From Chitinophagales bacterium (GTDB taxonomy: Bacteria; Bacillota; Syntrophomonadia; Syntrophomonadales; DTU052), in contig JBLMZW010000141.1 of the NCBI GenBank assembly GCA_050259035.1, positions 270-64,269 on the forward strand: a DNA stretch of 64,000 nucleotides, in the 5' to 3' direction. This document shows positions 47,229-57,181 of the stretch, piece after piece. Positions within the stretch are counted from its first letter, which is position 1, and each line of letters opens with the position of its first letter. Under the pieces are notes generated by a model. That model was not told the origin of the DNA and did not search any database. It saw only the letters and a program-made list of their open reading frames with translations. The position numbers were made by a program, and so were the translations under genes.

Positions 47229-49478
47229 ATGAGACGCAGAGTACTTTTATTTCTTATGATTATTCTTATTGCTGCGGGGACAATGTTCGCTTTACCGGCT
47301 ATGGCCGCAGAGTATCTCGATTCGGATATTAGGATTTCGAATCCATCAAGTGGAGATATCGTGGAAACTAACACTATGTGTGAGATTACTTGGAGTGTAC
47401 CTACCGCTTGTTTGGAACAAAACCTATATTATTCACTTGATGATGGTTCGTCCTGGTCAAGTATTGCCACAGTAATCGCCGGAATTGGCAGTTATGATTG
47501 GAAAGTGCCTAACGTAAGTTCCAATGAGGCACGCATTAAAGTACAGATACTGGTCTTGGAATCGTCAAGCACGGAAGTATATACTTTGAAATATTATAAC
47601 AAGTCCGGCCGATTTACCATAAAAAAGGCGGGGGATACTCTTAAAGCTCCGTCAAATCTAAACACGGCCGCAGAATCAAGTTCAAGCATTCTTGTTAGCT
47701 GGAAAGACAATTCTTCTAACGAATCCGGTTTTAGGGTTGAAAGACGGCTTCCGTCTGGTAATTGGAACGAAGTGAAGCAAACCAGCGCTAATATAACTGA
47801 GTACAAGGATACCGGACTGCAACCGTATACCAAATACTACTACCGGGTAAGAGCTTATAACAGTTCCGGTTTGTCCGATTATTCAAATGAGGATAGTGTT
47901 CGGACATTGGAAGAAGATGATTCCGATAAACCAAAGGCACCCAGTAGTTTGACTGCGGAAGCAGTTACATCCCAACAAGTAAACTTAAAATGGAAGGATA
48001 ATTCCAGCAATGAAAATGGGTTCAAAATTGAAAGGAAAACCAGTAGTTCTTCATGGAGTGTGATTACCACCGTAGGTTCTGATGTTGTCAAGTTGAGCGA
48101 TACCGATGTGAAATCGAACACAAAATATTACTATCGGGTGCGAGCGTATAATGATGAAGGCTATTCTGAATATTCTAATGAGGACTATGTCACAACTTCC
48201 GAAAGTGATTCTGACGAACCTAAAACGCCAACCAATTTAAATGCGGATGCAGTCTCATATAAACAAGTCACTTTAAAATGGCAGGACAATTCCAATAACG
48301 AGAATGGTTTTGATATCGAAAGAAAAACCAGTTCTTCTTCGTGGAATGAGATAGCCAGTGTTGGCAAGGACGTCGTGAAGTACACGGATAATAGTGTGAG
48401 TCCTGATACCAAGTATTACTACCGGGTACGGGCATACAATAACGCCGGCCATTCCGATTATTCTAATGAGGACAATGTCAAAACCCCGGAAAATGATTCA
48501 AGTAATCGACCTGTGGCACCCCAAAGTCTGAGCGCGGAATCGGTTACATATCAATTAATTACTTTGAACTGGCTGGATAAATCTAGTAATGAAACTGGTT
48601 TCCGAATTGAGAGAAAGACTAGTTCCACATGGAAGGAGATTGGTACTGTCAGTGCCAATACCATCAAGTGGAGCGACTCCGATGTGGTTTCCGGCACCGA
48701 ATATACTTATCGAGTTAGAGCCTATAATAGCTATGGTAATTCAGATTATTCCAATGAAAAAACAATAACCGCCGGTGGCAGCAGCCAACTTGCCGCACCA
48801 AGCAATCTGAACGCCACGGTCATATCATCAGCGGAACTTCTTTTGAAATGGACTGACAATTCCAGTAATGAAAAAGGGTTCATAATAGAAAGGAAAATTG
48901 GCAGCGGCAGTTATAAGACGCTAATTACGGTTAAATCCAACATAACTTCATACAATGATATTGAGTTAGTTCCTTCTACTAAATACAGTTATCGAGTCAG
49001 GGCTTATAATAGCTCAGGTTATTCAGCTTATTCCAACGAAATCACAACCACCACCTCATCAATTAACTCTAATAACAGGGGCCGAACAGTACTTCGATTC
49101 AGCTTGGGTTCCAGTGTTTATTATGTTAATGATCAGCCTCAAACAATGGATGCTGTACCAGTGGTTAGAAATAGCAGGGTTTTTATTCCTATAAGATATG
49201 TGGGAACAGCGCTGGGGGCTGATGTGGGCTGGCAACAGGCTGAGAGTAAAGTAACAATCAAACTGGATCAAAAAATAGTTGAGTTATGGATCAATTCAAA
49301 CCGGGCCCGAGTCAATGGGATTTCTACCCTGGTGGATTTGGATAATTCAAAAGTAATGCCATTTACTGTACCACCTGGTCGTACAATGCTGCCACTGCGT
49401 TTTATTGCTGAGAATCTTGGCTGCGATGTGAACTGGAATCAAAGCCTGGGAGTTGTGACTATAACCTATAATCCCTAA
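47229..49478 (+). CDS. Secreted protein with five fibronectin type III repeats and C-terminal copper amine oxidase N-terminal (stalk) domain
   Basis: Signal peptide ending AMA-A; 5x (P..L..W.DNS.NE.GF.IER..YRVRAYN..G.S.YSNE); RVFIPIRYV and GRTMLPLRFIAENLG. Confidence 0.88.
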   Translation: MRRRVLLFLMIILIAAGTMFALPAMAAEYLDSDIRISNPSSGDIVETNTMCEITWSVPTACLEQNLYYSLDDGSSWSSIATVIAGIGSYDWKVPNVSSNEARIKVQILVLESSSTEVYTLKYYNKSGRFTIKKAGDTLKAPSNLNTAAESSSSILVSWKDNSSNESGFRVERRLPSGNWNEVKQTSANITEYKDTGLQPYTKYYYRVRAYNSSGLSDYSNEDSVRTLEEDDSDKPKAPSSLTAEAVTSQQVNLKWKDNSSNENGFKIERKTSSSSWSVITTVGSDVVKLSDTDVKSNTKYYYRVRAYNDEGYSEYSNEDYVTTSESDSDEPKTPTNLNADAVSYKQVTLKWQDNSNNENGFDIERKTSSSSWNEIASVGKDVVKYTDNSVSPDTKYYYRVRAYNNAGHSDYSNEDNVKTPENDSSNRPVAPQSLSAESVTYQLITLNWLDKSSNETGFRIERKTSSTWKEIGTVSANTIKWSDSDVVSGTEYTYRVRAYNSYGNSDYSNEKTITAGGSSQLAAPSNLNATVISSAELLLKWTDNSSNEKGFIIERKIGSGSYKTLITVKSNITSYNDIELVPSTKYSYRVRAYNSSGYSAYSNEITTTTSSINSNNRGRTVLRFSLGSSVYYVNDQPQTMDAVPVVRNSRVFIPIRYVGTALGADVGWQQAESKVTIKLDQKIVELWINSNRARVNGISTLVDLDNSKVMPFTVPPGRTMLPLRFIAENLGCDVNWNQSLGVVTITYNP

Positions 49479-49510
49479 GTTAATAGAGCTGATAATTATT
49501 AATACTGGAA

Positions 49511-49544
49511 AGCAGGCACCATATTTGGGCTGCCTGTTTTTTTT
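49511..49544 (+). terminator. Intrinsic terminator
   Basis: GCAGGCA...TGCCTGT followed by a T run. Confidence 0.7.
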
Positions 49545-49745
49545 ATCAGAACTGATCTTTAAATGGGTTTCCAACCATCGAATTCGCATTTCTGGGAGCT
49601 TTAGTGTTACAATATACAATAGCTCTGTTATCACAAGTAACATTATGCCTTTACTGGAAACATTCTTCGATTATTATTTGGAGGAGATCATTAACCTATT
49701 ATCGAATCATAATTGCGAATGTTCTCCATCCCTCGAGAGAGGAGG

Positions 49746-50333
49746 ATGCGTCTGAGCAGAGATGAAGATCTTATAAAACAGAGCATACACGGAAATACCC
49801 AGGCTTTCGAGGAGTTAGTACATAAATATCAGAACAGAATATACAATCTGGCCTATCGTTATATGGGTAACGAGGACGATGCCAGTGATATGGCTCAGGA
49901 GGCTTTAATCAAGGCGTATCGTTCTCTGGCTAGTTTTAAAGGGGAATCTTCCTTTAGTACCTGGCTCTACCGAATAACGGCTAATGTATGTCTGGACGAA
50001 CTTCGAAAGCGCAAACGGGTAGTGCCAATGATTTCGCTTGATGAACCGGCAGTGACATCTGACGGAGAGGATATCGAACGTGACCTGGCTGACTCGTCTC
50101 CGACAGCTGATATTGTTTTCGAACACAAGGAAATGGAAAAATACCTTCAGGCGTTGATAAGCACACTAAAACCGGAATATAAATCGGTCATTATTTTAAG
50201 GGATGTCATGGATTTTTCCTACGAGGAAGTCGCGGAGATACTACAGTGCTCGATAGGAACGGTAAAATCAAGGTTAAGCAGGGGTAGGGAGATCTTAAGA
50301 AAAAAGCTTTCCAGGAGGGAACTTTTACCGTAA
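49746..50333 (+). CDS. ECF sigma-70 factor (SigW-like)
   Basis: DMAQEALIKAY, FSTWLYRI, SYEEVAEIL..SIGTVKSRLSRGR. Start uncertain (ATG 49746 or CTG 49752). Confidence 0.92.
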   Translation: MRLSRDEDLIKQSIHGNTQAFEELVHKYQNRIYNLAYRYMGNEDDASDMAQEALIKAYRSLASFKGESSFSTWLYRITANVCLDELRKRKRVVPMISLDEPAVTSDGEDIERDLADSSPTADIVFEHKEMEKYLQALISTLKPEYKSVIILRDVMDFSYEEVAEILQCSIGTVKSRLSRGREILRKKLSRRELLP

Positions 50334-50343
50334 CCCTTTCGTC
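50318..50343 (+). promoter_or_regulatory. ECF-type promoter for the anti-sigma gene
   Basis: GGAACT-N16-CGTC spanning the sigma gene's last codons and stop. Confidence 0.6.
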
Positions 50344-50358
50344 ATAATTTTAGAAGGG

Positions 50359-51423
50359 GTGCGTAGTATGTTTTGCAAGGATGCCAGGGAGTTATTATCT
50401 CCCTATGTAGATGGCTTTATAACCGAAGAAGAAAAAGTTGCTCTGGAGAATCATCTGGCTGGTTGCATGGATTGTCGGCAAGAGATGACAGAGCTTCGTA
50501 GTATGCTTCAGTTGTTTGGGGGTTTACCTGAACTTGAAGTGCCATCTAATTTCGGCGAAGAATTGCACCTCCGTCTATTACGAGAGAAGACCGTTCCATC
50601 AATTAAAAAAGAACATACTCCTCACAGAACTGGTTGGGTTGCGGCGGCAGCCGCCGGAATTGCGTTGGCCTGTGGTATATATGCCAGCAGTCTGGTACCC
50701 GCTCCGATGATAGCAAGTGTTAATGATAAGATAATAGCTATGTTCTCGCCATCGGATAAGGATTCTAATGTAGATATTAATAACATTTTAAATCACATAC
50801 CTAAAACGGATCAATCGGGAAAACTGAACCCGGCAGTAACTCAGCCAACACCTAATACAGGGAATAACTCAACCAAACAAGTTGTACCACCTACGGTCCA
50901 AGTAGCTACTAATTCACCTAAGAATAACAACAATAATTCAACCGGTAAAACAGCTGCAATTGAACAGAAGATCGCAACGAGTTTTAATTTACAGCTTAGG
51001 ACAGATAATGCGACAGATACTATTAACAGTATTAGGCAGGTTGCTTTAAATAACGCAGGTGGAGTCGAGGTGTATAATGCTGAGACCTCGATATCAAATA
51101 CGTTAGTAACACTAAGGGTTAAGCCTGACCAGGTTAACCAGGTAATATCCGAGTTGGAGAAACTGGGTATAACCACCAACCCGATGAAATCCAGCGAGAA
51201 TCTTACCAGTGATTATTCTAAGAATAAAAACAGTTTAGATAGAGTTAATGCCGAGGTCATATCCCTGGAATCAAGAACTAATCTTACCCCGGCCGAAGAA
51301 GAACGGCTCCAAGCCAGGCTTTGGGAACAGTCATATCTTAATGATAAACAGGCCGAATTGGAACAGCAGTTAGACACAGTAGCCATTAAGATTCTGGTAC
51401 CCAATAAAACTGACAGCAATTAA
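50359..51423 (+). CDS. Zinc-binding anti-sigma factor (zf-HC2) with TM and DUF4349-like extracellular domain
   Basis: HLAGCMDC (HxxxCxxC), one TM, low-complexity linker, LRVKPD..SENLTSDY C-terminal domain. Confidence 0.85.
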   Translation: MRSMFCKDARELLSPYVDGFITEEEKVALENHLAGCMDCRQEMTELRSMLQLFGGLPELEVPSNFGEELHLRLLREKTVPSIKKEHTPHRTGWVAAAAAGIALACGIYASSLVPAPMIASVNDKIIAMFSPSDKDSNVDINNILNHIPKTDQSGKLNPAVTQPTPNTGNNSTKQVVPPTVQVATNSPKNNNNNSTGKTAAIEQKIATSFNLQLRTDNATDTINSIRQVALNNAGGVEVYNAETSISNTLVTLRVKPDQVNQVISELEKLGITTNPMKSSENLTSDYSKNKNSLDRVNAEVISLESRTNLTPAEEERLQARLWEQSYLNDKQAELEQQLDTVAIKILVPNKTDSN

Positions 51424-51482
51424 TGTTCTGGTAACCGGCATACCAGATCCTTGATAATCAAATATTAAAAGAAGATACTAAG

Positions 51483-51517
51483 TGGGCAGGATTTTGATCC
51501 TGCCCATTGAATTTTTT
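51483..51517 (+). terminator. Terminator after the sigma/anti-sigma operon
   Basis: TGGGCAGGAT-TTTG-ATCCTGCCCA then TTGAATTTTTT. Confidence 0.65.
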
Positions 51518-51645
51518 ATACTTCAGGGAAGTATATCCTTGCCATATCTATGGCAACACCAGAGGTATGAAGTAGCCAGGCGCGTGCCCAGGGAACTGAT
51601 TATGGCGTGCCTATCTCGCGAGAAAGTTATTATAAGAGGTGTTAT

Positions 51646-54204
51646 ATGAAAGAAAACCTTATCCTGCTGATTGATGGCAATAGTCTGGCCTACCGGGCTT
51701 TCTATGCCTTACCCCTTTTAAGAACCAGGCAGGGGGTATTCACCAATGCCATCTATGGATTCTTAACCATGTTATTCAGGGTATTAAAGGAGTTTAATCC
51801 CGAGTATGTGATTGTAGCCTTCGATAAGAGTCGAATAACTCTACGCACACAGGAGTATGCGGACTATAAGGCTCACCGCCAACCTACCCCACCTGAATTG
51901 AGGGATCAGTTTCGTATCTTGAAAGAGGTCTTATCTGCCCTCGATATCACCTGGATTGAAATGGATGGCTATGAAGCCGATGACCTTTTAGGCACCCTTA
52001 GTTGCCGAGCCAGTAAAGAAGGTCTTCCCTGTGTTATAGTGACCGGAGACCAGGATGCGCTGCAACTAGCAGGCAGAGGGGTTGACATTCTCATTACCCG
52101 TAAAGGAATAACGGAGATGGATCGCTACAGCGATGAACTGGTAATGGAGAAATGGGAGGTCTATCCCGATAGACTGGTCGACGTTAAGGGTTTAATGGGC
52201 GATCCTTCTGATAATATTCCCGGTGTACCCGGGATTGGAAAGAAAACGGCGATTAAGTTGGTCAAAGAGTATGGAAGCCTGAATGAACTCTATGAACATT
52301 TGGATGAGGTAAAACCGTCCCGCATTCAAGAACTTTTACGAACTAATCGGGATCAGGCCTTCTTGAGCCGCAGCCTTGCTACCATTAATAAATTTTTGGA
52401 GGTCCCGCTGGTTCTGCAAGAGTGTCGCTATGATCAGCCTAACCGAGAAAGATTACTCGCATTTTATCGAGAACTGGAGTTCAATACATTTGCCCGTGAA
52501 CTGGGGGGTGAGGTCGAGACTGCACCTGTCCTCGCCATTGATTACCGGGAGATGCTGGACCAGGTAGCTCCGGGCGATGAGATAGCCCTGATGCTGGTTA
52601 CCAGTCAGATTCACCCTATGTGGGCCGATCTCATAAGTATTTATATCTGGTGGAAGGGGAAACCGTACTTAGCTCCTGGTGAGAGTGTACAAATTCTGGC
52701 ACCGTTATTAGAAGATACCGGGGTGAAAAAGTACCTGCATAATGCCAAGCAAGCACAAGTGTTGTTAGCTCGCCAGGGAATAAAACTTAATGGCGTGGTT
52801 GGAGATACTCTACTACTGTCTTATGTTCTGGATCCGAGTTTTCAGGGAGAAAGTTTTCAGGAACACGTATTCCATTATTGGGGAAGAATGATAGAACAGG
52901 AGAATGAACCAGAGAAGGCAGTAGCTGAGATTATCAACTTTCATCAGCATTTAATGGAAAGGGCTACTCCGGAAATAAAAAAGCTTTACTACGAGGTAGA
53001 GTTGCCTCTTTCCTTCGTGCTGGGCGAGATGGAAGTGGCCGGGGTTCTGGTTGAACGTTCTGTATTAGAAACAATATCGGTCGAACTTGCTGAAAGACTG
53101 GAGATGACCGAGACTACAATCTACGAGATGGCAGGCAGCCAGTTTAATATCAACTCCACCCGTCAACTGGGGGAAGTGCTCTTCGATAGATTAGGGCTGC
53201 CTGTTATTAAGAAGACTAAAACCGGTGTTTCAACCAGTGCTGAGGTTTTAGAACAATTGTATGATTACCATCCCATAATTCCTTTAATCATGGATCACCG
53301 ACAGCTAATGAAGCTAAAATCCACCTATGTAGACAGCCTTAAGGATTACATTCACCCCATGACGGGAAGGGTGCATACGGTTTTTAAACAGGCGGTAACC
53401 GCAACCGGAAGGTTGTCCAGTGTGGAACCCAATCTACAGAATATTCCGGTTCGTATGGAGGATGGACGCCGAATTAGAAAGGCTTTTGTGGCTCCGGTAG
53501 GCCAATGGCTTCTTCTCAGTGCGGATTACAGCCAGATCGACCTGAGGGTCCTGGCTCATGTTTCAGGTGATGATACGTTGATTGAGACTTTTCGTCAGGG
53601 TGTCGATATTCATACCCGTACTGCCAGTGAAATCTTTAAGGTTTCTCTGGATGCGGTCACTCCTGAACTGAGACGTCGGGCTAAGGCGGTCAATTTTGGT
53701 ATAGTATATGGAATTAGTGACTTTGGTTTGGCAAGAGATACCGGTGTAAGTCGCCATGAAGCCAGGGAATACATTGATAATTATTTGTCGTCATACCCGG
53801 GAGTACAGGCCTATATGCGGGACATTGTGGAAACTGGGCGCGAACAAGGTTATGTTGAGACCATCCTGGGGCGCCGTCGTTATCTTCCGGATCTGCTTAG
53901 CAGTAATCGGATGGTACGTTCATTTGCTGAGAGGATGGCTCTGAACACACCAATTCAAGGTGGATCGGCTGATATTATCAAATTGGCTATGTTGGCGATA
54001 GATAGGGAAATTAAGAAACGTGAATGGCGTTGCCGAATGTTATTGCAGGTTCATGACGAATTGGTCTTGGAAGTTCCCGCGGATCTTCTGGAACAGGTGG
54101 CCTGGATTCTTAAGGAATGCATGGAAGAAGCCTATAGTTTAAAAGTTCCTCTGGAGATATCACTGAAATACGGTTTAAATTGGTTCGAAATGAGGTCAAA
54201 ATAA
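51646..54204 (+). CDS. polA: DNA polymerase I
   Basis: IDGNSLAYRAFYA, GYEADD, GDPSDNIPGVPGIGKKTA, TGRLSS, DYSQIDLR, AKAVNFG, QVHDEL. Confidence 0.98.
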   Translation: MKENLILLIDGNSLAYRAFYALPLLRTRQGVFTNAIYGFLTMLFRVLKEFNPEYVIVAFDKSRITLRTQEYADYKAHRQPTPPELRDQFRILKEVLSALDITWIEMDGYEADDLLGTLSCRASKEGLPCVIVTGDQDALQLAGRGVDILITRKGITEMDRYSDELVMEKWEVYPDRLVDVKGLMGDPSDNIPGVPGIGKKTAIKLVKEYGSLNELYEHLDEVKPSRIQELLRTNRDQAFLSRSLATINKFLEVPLVLQECRYDQPNRERLLAFYRELEFNTFARELGGEVETAPVLAIDYREMLDQVAPGDEIALMLVTSQIHPMWADLISIYIWWKGKPYLAPGESVQILAPLLEDTGVKKYLHNAKQAQVLLARQGIKLNGVVGDTLLLSYVLDPSFQGESFQEHVFHYWGRMIEQENEPEKAVAEIINFHQHLMERATPEIKKLYYEVELPLSFVLGEMEVAGVLVERSVLETISVELAERLEMTETTIYEMAGSQFNINSTRQLGEVLFDRLGLPVIKKTKTGVSTSAEVLEQLYDYHPIIPLIMDHRQLMKLKSTYVDSLKDYIHPMTGRVHTVFKQAVTATGRLSSVEPNLQNIPVRMEDGRRIRKAFVAPVGQWLLLSADYSQIDLRVLAHVSGDDTLIETFRQGVDIHTRTASEIFKVSLDAVTPELRRRAKAVNFGIVYGISDFGLARDTGVSRHEAREYIDNYLSSYPGVQAYMRDIVETGREQGYVETILGRRRYLPDLLSSNRMVRSFAERMALNTPIQGGSADIIKLAMLAIDREIKKREWRCRMLLQVHDELVLEVPADLLEQVAWILKECMEEAYSLKVPLEISLKYGLNWFEMRSK

Positions 54205-54228
54205 TTAATAAAAGCCGGGAGCGATACT

Positions 54229-55032
54229 ATGCCAGAACTTCCAGAGGTGGAGACCATTGTACGCTCATTGAGCAAGGCGGTAGGATACCGGGTTGAAAAA
54301 CTGGTCGTTTACAAACCAGTAGTTGTTAGACAGGAGTGCTATTCGATTGACAGCTTGACTGGTTTGCCAATCGAAAGCATAACCCGAAGAGGTAAGTTTA
54401 TCGTAATGGACCTGGGTGGCCAGCATTATCTGATATGGCATATGGGCATGAGCGGGCGTTTGTTTCTAACGGAATCCGGTCAGACCAGGGCCAATCATAC
54501 CCATGTTGTTTTGCATTTGGTGGATGCCGGGGAGTTGCATTATGTAGACCCGCGTCGGTTTGGAGGTTTATGGCTAGTACATCGTCCTGAGGATGTATTC
54601 GGCCAACTTGGCCCTGAACCGTTGGGAAAAGAATTTTCTGCAGCCTACCTTGAAAAGTCATTAAGGAATAAGAAAACTCCGATTAAAAACCTCTTGCTCA
54701 ACCAGTGTGTTGTAGCTGGAATAGGAAATATTTACGCTGATGAGATCTTATTCGACTCTGCCATAAGCCCAGAAAGAATCGCCGGGTCATTAGACTCTAA
54801 AGAAATTGCGAAATTACACCGATCAATTAAAAAGGTTTTACGTCAGGGAATCGAATGTCGGGGAACTACTTTCAGGGATTACCGAGACGGTTTTAATCGA
54901 CCTGGTGGTTTTCAGGAGTACCTGCGGGTTTATGGCCGAGAGGGTAAACCATGCTTGAAGTGTGGGAACCCAATTTGCCGAATAAAAATGGGCGGCCGCA
55001 GTACACATTTTTGTCAGCATTGCCAGCATTGA
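54229..55032 (+). CDS. mutM: Formamidopyrimidine-DNA glycosylase
   Basis: MPELPEVE, RRGK, DPRRFG, GIGNIYADE, C-terminal zinc finger. Confidence 0.97.
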   Translation: MPELPEVETIVRSLSKAVGYRVEKLVVYKPVVVRQECYSIDSLTGLPIESITRRGKFIVMDLGGQHYLIWHMGMSGRLFLTESGQTRANHTHVVLHLVDAGELHYVDPRRFGGLWLVHRPEDVFGQLGPEPLGKEFSAAYLEKSLRNKKTPIKNLLLNQCVVAGIGNIYADEILFDSAISPERIAGSLDSKEIAKLHRSIKKVLRQGIECRGTTFRDYRDGFNRPGGFQEYLRVYGREGKPCLKCGNPICRIKMGGRSTHFCQHCQH

Positions 55033-55120
55033 TCGAACTGCAATTTGGATTTCAGTGATTGTTTTTAATAAGCTGGCGAAGGTTGCTAAGATTAGTAAGC
55101 GCATGCCATAATAGGTAAGT

Positions 55121-55149
55121 GCACAACTAACTGCTTCTATCCATATAGT
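55121..55149 (+). promoter_or_regulatory. Possible mother-cell (SigE/SigK) promoter
   Basis: GCACA-N16-CATATAGT upstream of ytaF. Confidence 0.45.
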
Positions 55150-55160
55150 AAGAGAGAATA

Positions 55161-55805
55161 ATGGATAGGAGTGGTATCATAATGTACCTATTCGTTAGCC
55201 TGCTTCTGGCTCTGGCAGTCAGCGCCGACGGGTTTGGTGTTGGGGTGGCCTACGGGCTAAAGAAGATCAAGATTCCTATACTCTCCATCCTGGTTATTTG
55301 TCTGGCCTCAATGTTAGCAATCGGAGCTTCTATGGTGGTGGGGAAGGGAATTGCCCTTTATTTTAGTCCAAAACTAGCGAGTGTTGTAGGTGCATTGGCT
55401 TTATTTTTCGTTGGGATATGGTTCTTAAGCGATCTTTGGCGTGATTCAGATGATAAACGAACAGAAATTACTTCGATAAGAATCCGACCTCTGGGTGTTA
55501 TAATCCAGATTTTAAGAGAACCAGCCCGGGCCGATTTCGATTCGTCCGGTGTAATAAGCTACAGCGAAGCTTTTTTCCTGGGTGCTGCTCTAGCAGTCGA
55601 TGCTTTGGGAGCCGGCCTGGGAGCAGCTATGGCTGGGTATAACCTCCTAGCAACTATAGCGGCAGTAGGTTGCTGCAAGTTCCTGGTACTGAATTTAGGG
55701 CTTCGCCTGGGGGAACGTCTTCAGCGGGGGTTCCTGAAAAAGTACTCGCCTGTTATTGCTGGTTTAATCCTTTGTTTATTAGGCATAGCTGAACTGGTGA
55801 GGTGA
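55161..55805 (+). CDS. ytaF: YtaF sporulation membrane protein (MntP family)
   Basis: ALAVSADGFGVGVAYG, ILREP..ADFDSSG, ALAVDA; conserved polA-mutM-ytaF-coaE synteny. Confidence 0.85.
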   Translation: MDRSGIIMYLFVSLLLALAVSADGFGVGVAYGLKKIKIPILSILVICLASMLAIGASMVVGKGIALYFSPKLASVVGALALFFVGIWFLSDLWRDSDDKRTEITSIRIRPLGVIIQILREPARADFDSSGVISYSEAFFLGAALAVDALGAGLGAAMAGYNLLATIAAVGCCKFLVLNLGLRLGERLQRGFLKKYSPVIAGLILCLLGIAELVR

Positions 55806-56422
55806 GCCCTTTGTTTATTATAGGTCTAACCGGCGGAATAGCCACCGGTAAAAGCACTGTGTCAGAAATGTTGGGACAACTTGGAGCGGTAGTCATTGAT
55901 GGGGATCGGGTGGCTCATGAGGTAATGCAGCCCGGAGAATCTGCTTACCAAAAAGTCGTTGCTCACTTTGGCAGTGAAATTCTTCAGCCCAACGGAGAAA
56001 TTGACCGGGGTAAACTAGGTGACCTCATATTTAATAATCCAGAATTAAGATTTACCTTGAACAGTATTGTCCATCCAGTTGTTGAAAAGGCCATGCGGTC
56101 CACGACACAACAACTGCCACTTGATACTGAAATTGTTGTTTGGGATATTCCCCTGTTAATAGAAACAGGTATGAATCATCAAGTAGATGAAGTATGGCTG
56201 GTATGGGTAGACGAAGAAACCCAACTGGAACGGTTGATGCAACGCAATAGAATACCAGCCGAGGAAGCCCTTAAAAGAATTAGATCTCAGATGTCAATCT
56301 TCGAAAAAATAAAAAAATCCGATCGGTTAATCGATAATCGAGGCAGCTTTGAGGAAACCAGAAGAATTACCACCGAATTTTACCACCATCTAAGGCGAAT
56401 TATCCAAAGCAAAATATTATAG
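55802..56422 (+). CDS. coaE: Dephospho-CoA kinase
   Basis: IGLTGGIATGKST, IVHP, DIPLLIE, RLMQRN. Confidence 0.96.
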   Translation: MSPLFIIGLTGGIATGKSTVSEMLGQLGAVVIDGDRVAHEVMQPGESAYQKVVAHFGSEILQPNGEIDRGKLGDLIFNNPELRFTLNSIVHPVVEKAMRSTTQQLPLDTEIVVWDIPLLIETGMNHQVDEVWLVWVDEETQLERLMQRNRIPAEEALKRIRSQMSIFEKIKKSDRLIDNRGSFEETRRITTEFYHHLRRIIQSKIL

Positions 56423-56481
56423 GATGTAAAGAGACAGTTATCCTAAACTTAAGTAGAAAAAACCTGGGAAGAGGTGGTTTC

Positions 56482-57060
56482 ATGCCGAAATTGCAGACTA
56501 GGAAATCCAACCAGGTGTCTTTCAGTTTTATCCTGTGGGGGGTTATTATTATCGTTCTGGCCATTGTCCTTTCCTTTCCCAGGTGGATAACTTACTTCTA
56601 CCCCCTTCCGCATAAAGAACTGGTTATGAAATATTCTGCCCAGTACGATGTTGATCCCTATCTGGTTTTCGCCGTCATACGAACTGAAAGCGATTTTCAG
56701 TCCCAGGCGACATCTTCTTCCGGAGCCCGTGGTCTGATGCAACTGATGCCTGAAACGGCGAGTTGGGCAGCTCAACAGGCGGGATTAAAAGACTACGAGG
56801 AAAGCCAGCTATCTGATCCCAACGTCAATATCCGGTTAGGCTGCTGGTATTTAAACGACCTATCCCGCGAGTTCAAGGGACGGCTTCCCCTGGTTATCGC
56901 CGCGTATAACGCTGGAAGAGGTAATGTCAGGGAATGGCTGGTTCAAGGTGTCTGGGATGGTAGCACAGAAAATCTGCAAAAAATACCCTTCCCGGAGACC
57001 CGCATGCACGTCCAGCGTGTTTTAAACGATTATGAGGTATATAGAACCATTTATGAATAG
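56482..57060 (+). CDS. Lytic transglycosylase (SLT domain)
   Basis: IRTES, GARGLMQLMPETA, AAYNAG, FPETR. Confidence 0.92.
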   Translation: MPKLQTRKSNQVSFSFILWGVIIIVLAIVLSFPRWITYFYPLPHKELVMKYSAQYDVDPYLVFAVIRTESDFQSQATSSSGARGLMQLMPETASWAAQQAGLKDYEESQLSDPNVNIRLGCWYLNDLSREFKGRLPLVIAAYNAGRGNVREWLVQGVWDGSTENLQKIPFPETRMHVQRVLNDYEVYRTIYE

Positions 57061-57093
57061 TGTATTTGCTGCATGTCTATAAGTGTCCTGCTC

Positions 57094-57123
57094 GTCATAT
57101 TTGCCTGTCTTCTGCCATATATT
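57094..57123 (+). promoter_or_regulatory. Probable SigE promoter
   Basis: GTCATA-N16-CATATATT matches the SigE consensus (ATA-N16-18-CATAcaaT). Confidence 0.5.
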
Positions 57124-57181
57124 AGAAACCAATAGAACTATCAATATACCGACTGGTATAAAAGCAAGACCCATCTGAGGA

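Noticed and set aside
47640-49050. Periodic DNA repeats that might be a CRISPR array or tandem element
   Set aside because: They are ~290-nt degenerate coding repeats corresponding to FN3 domains in one ORF.
52500-52980. Degenerate 3'-5' exonuclease domain of PolA as a novelty
   Set aside because: An inactive proofreading domain is normal for Firmicute Pol I.
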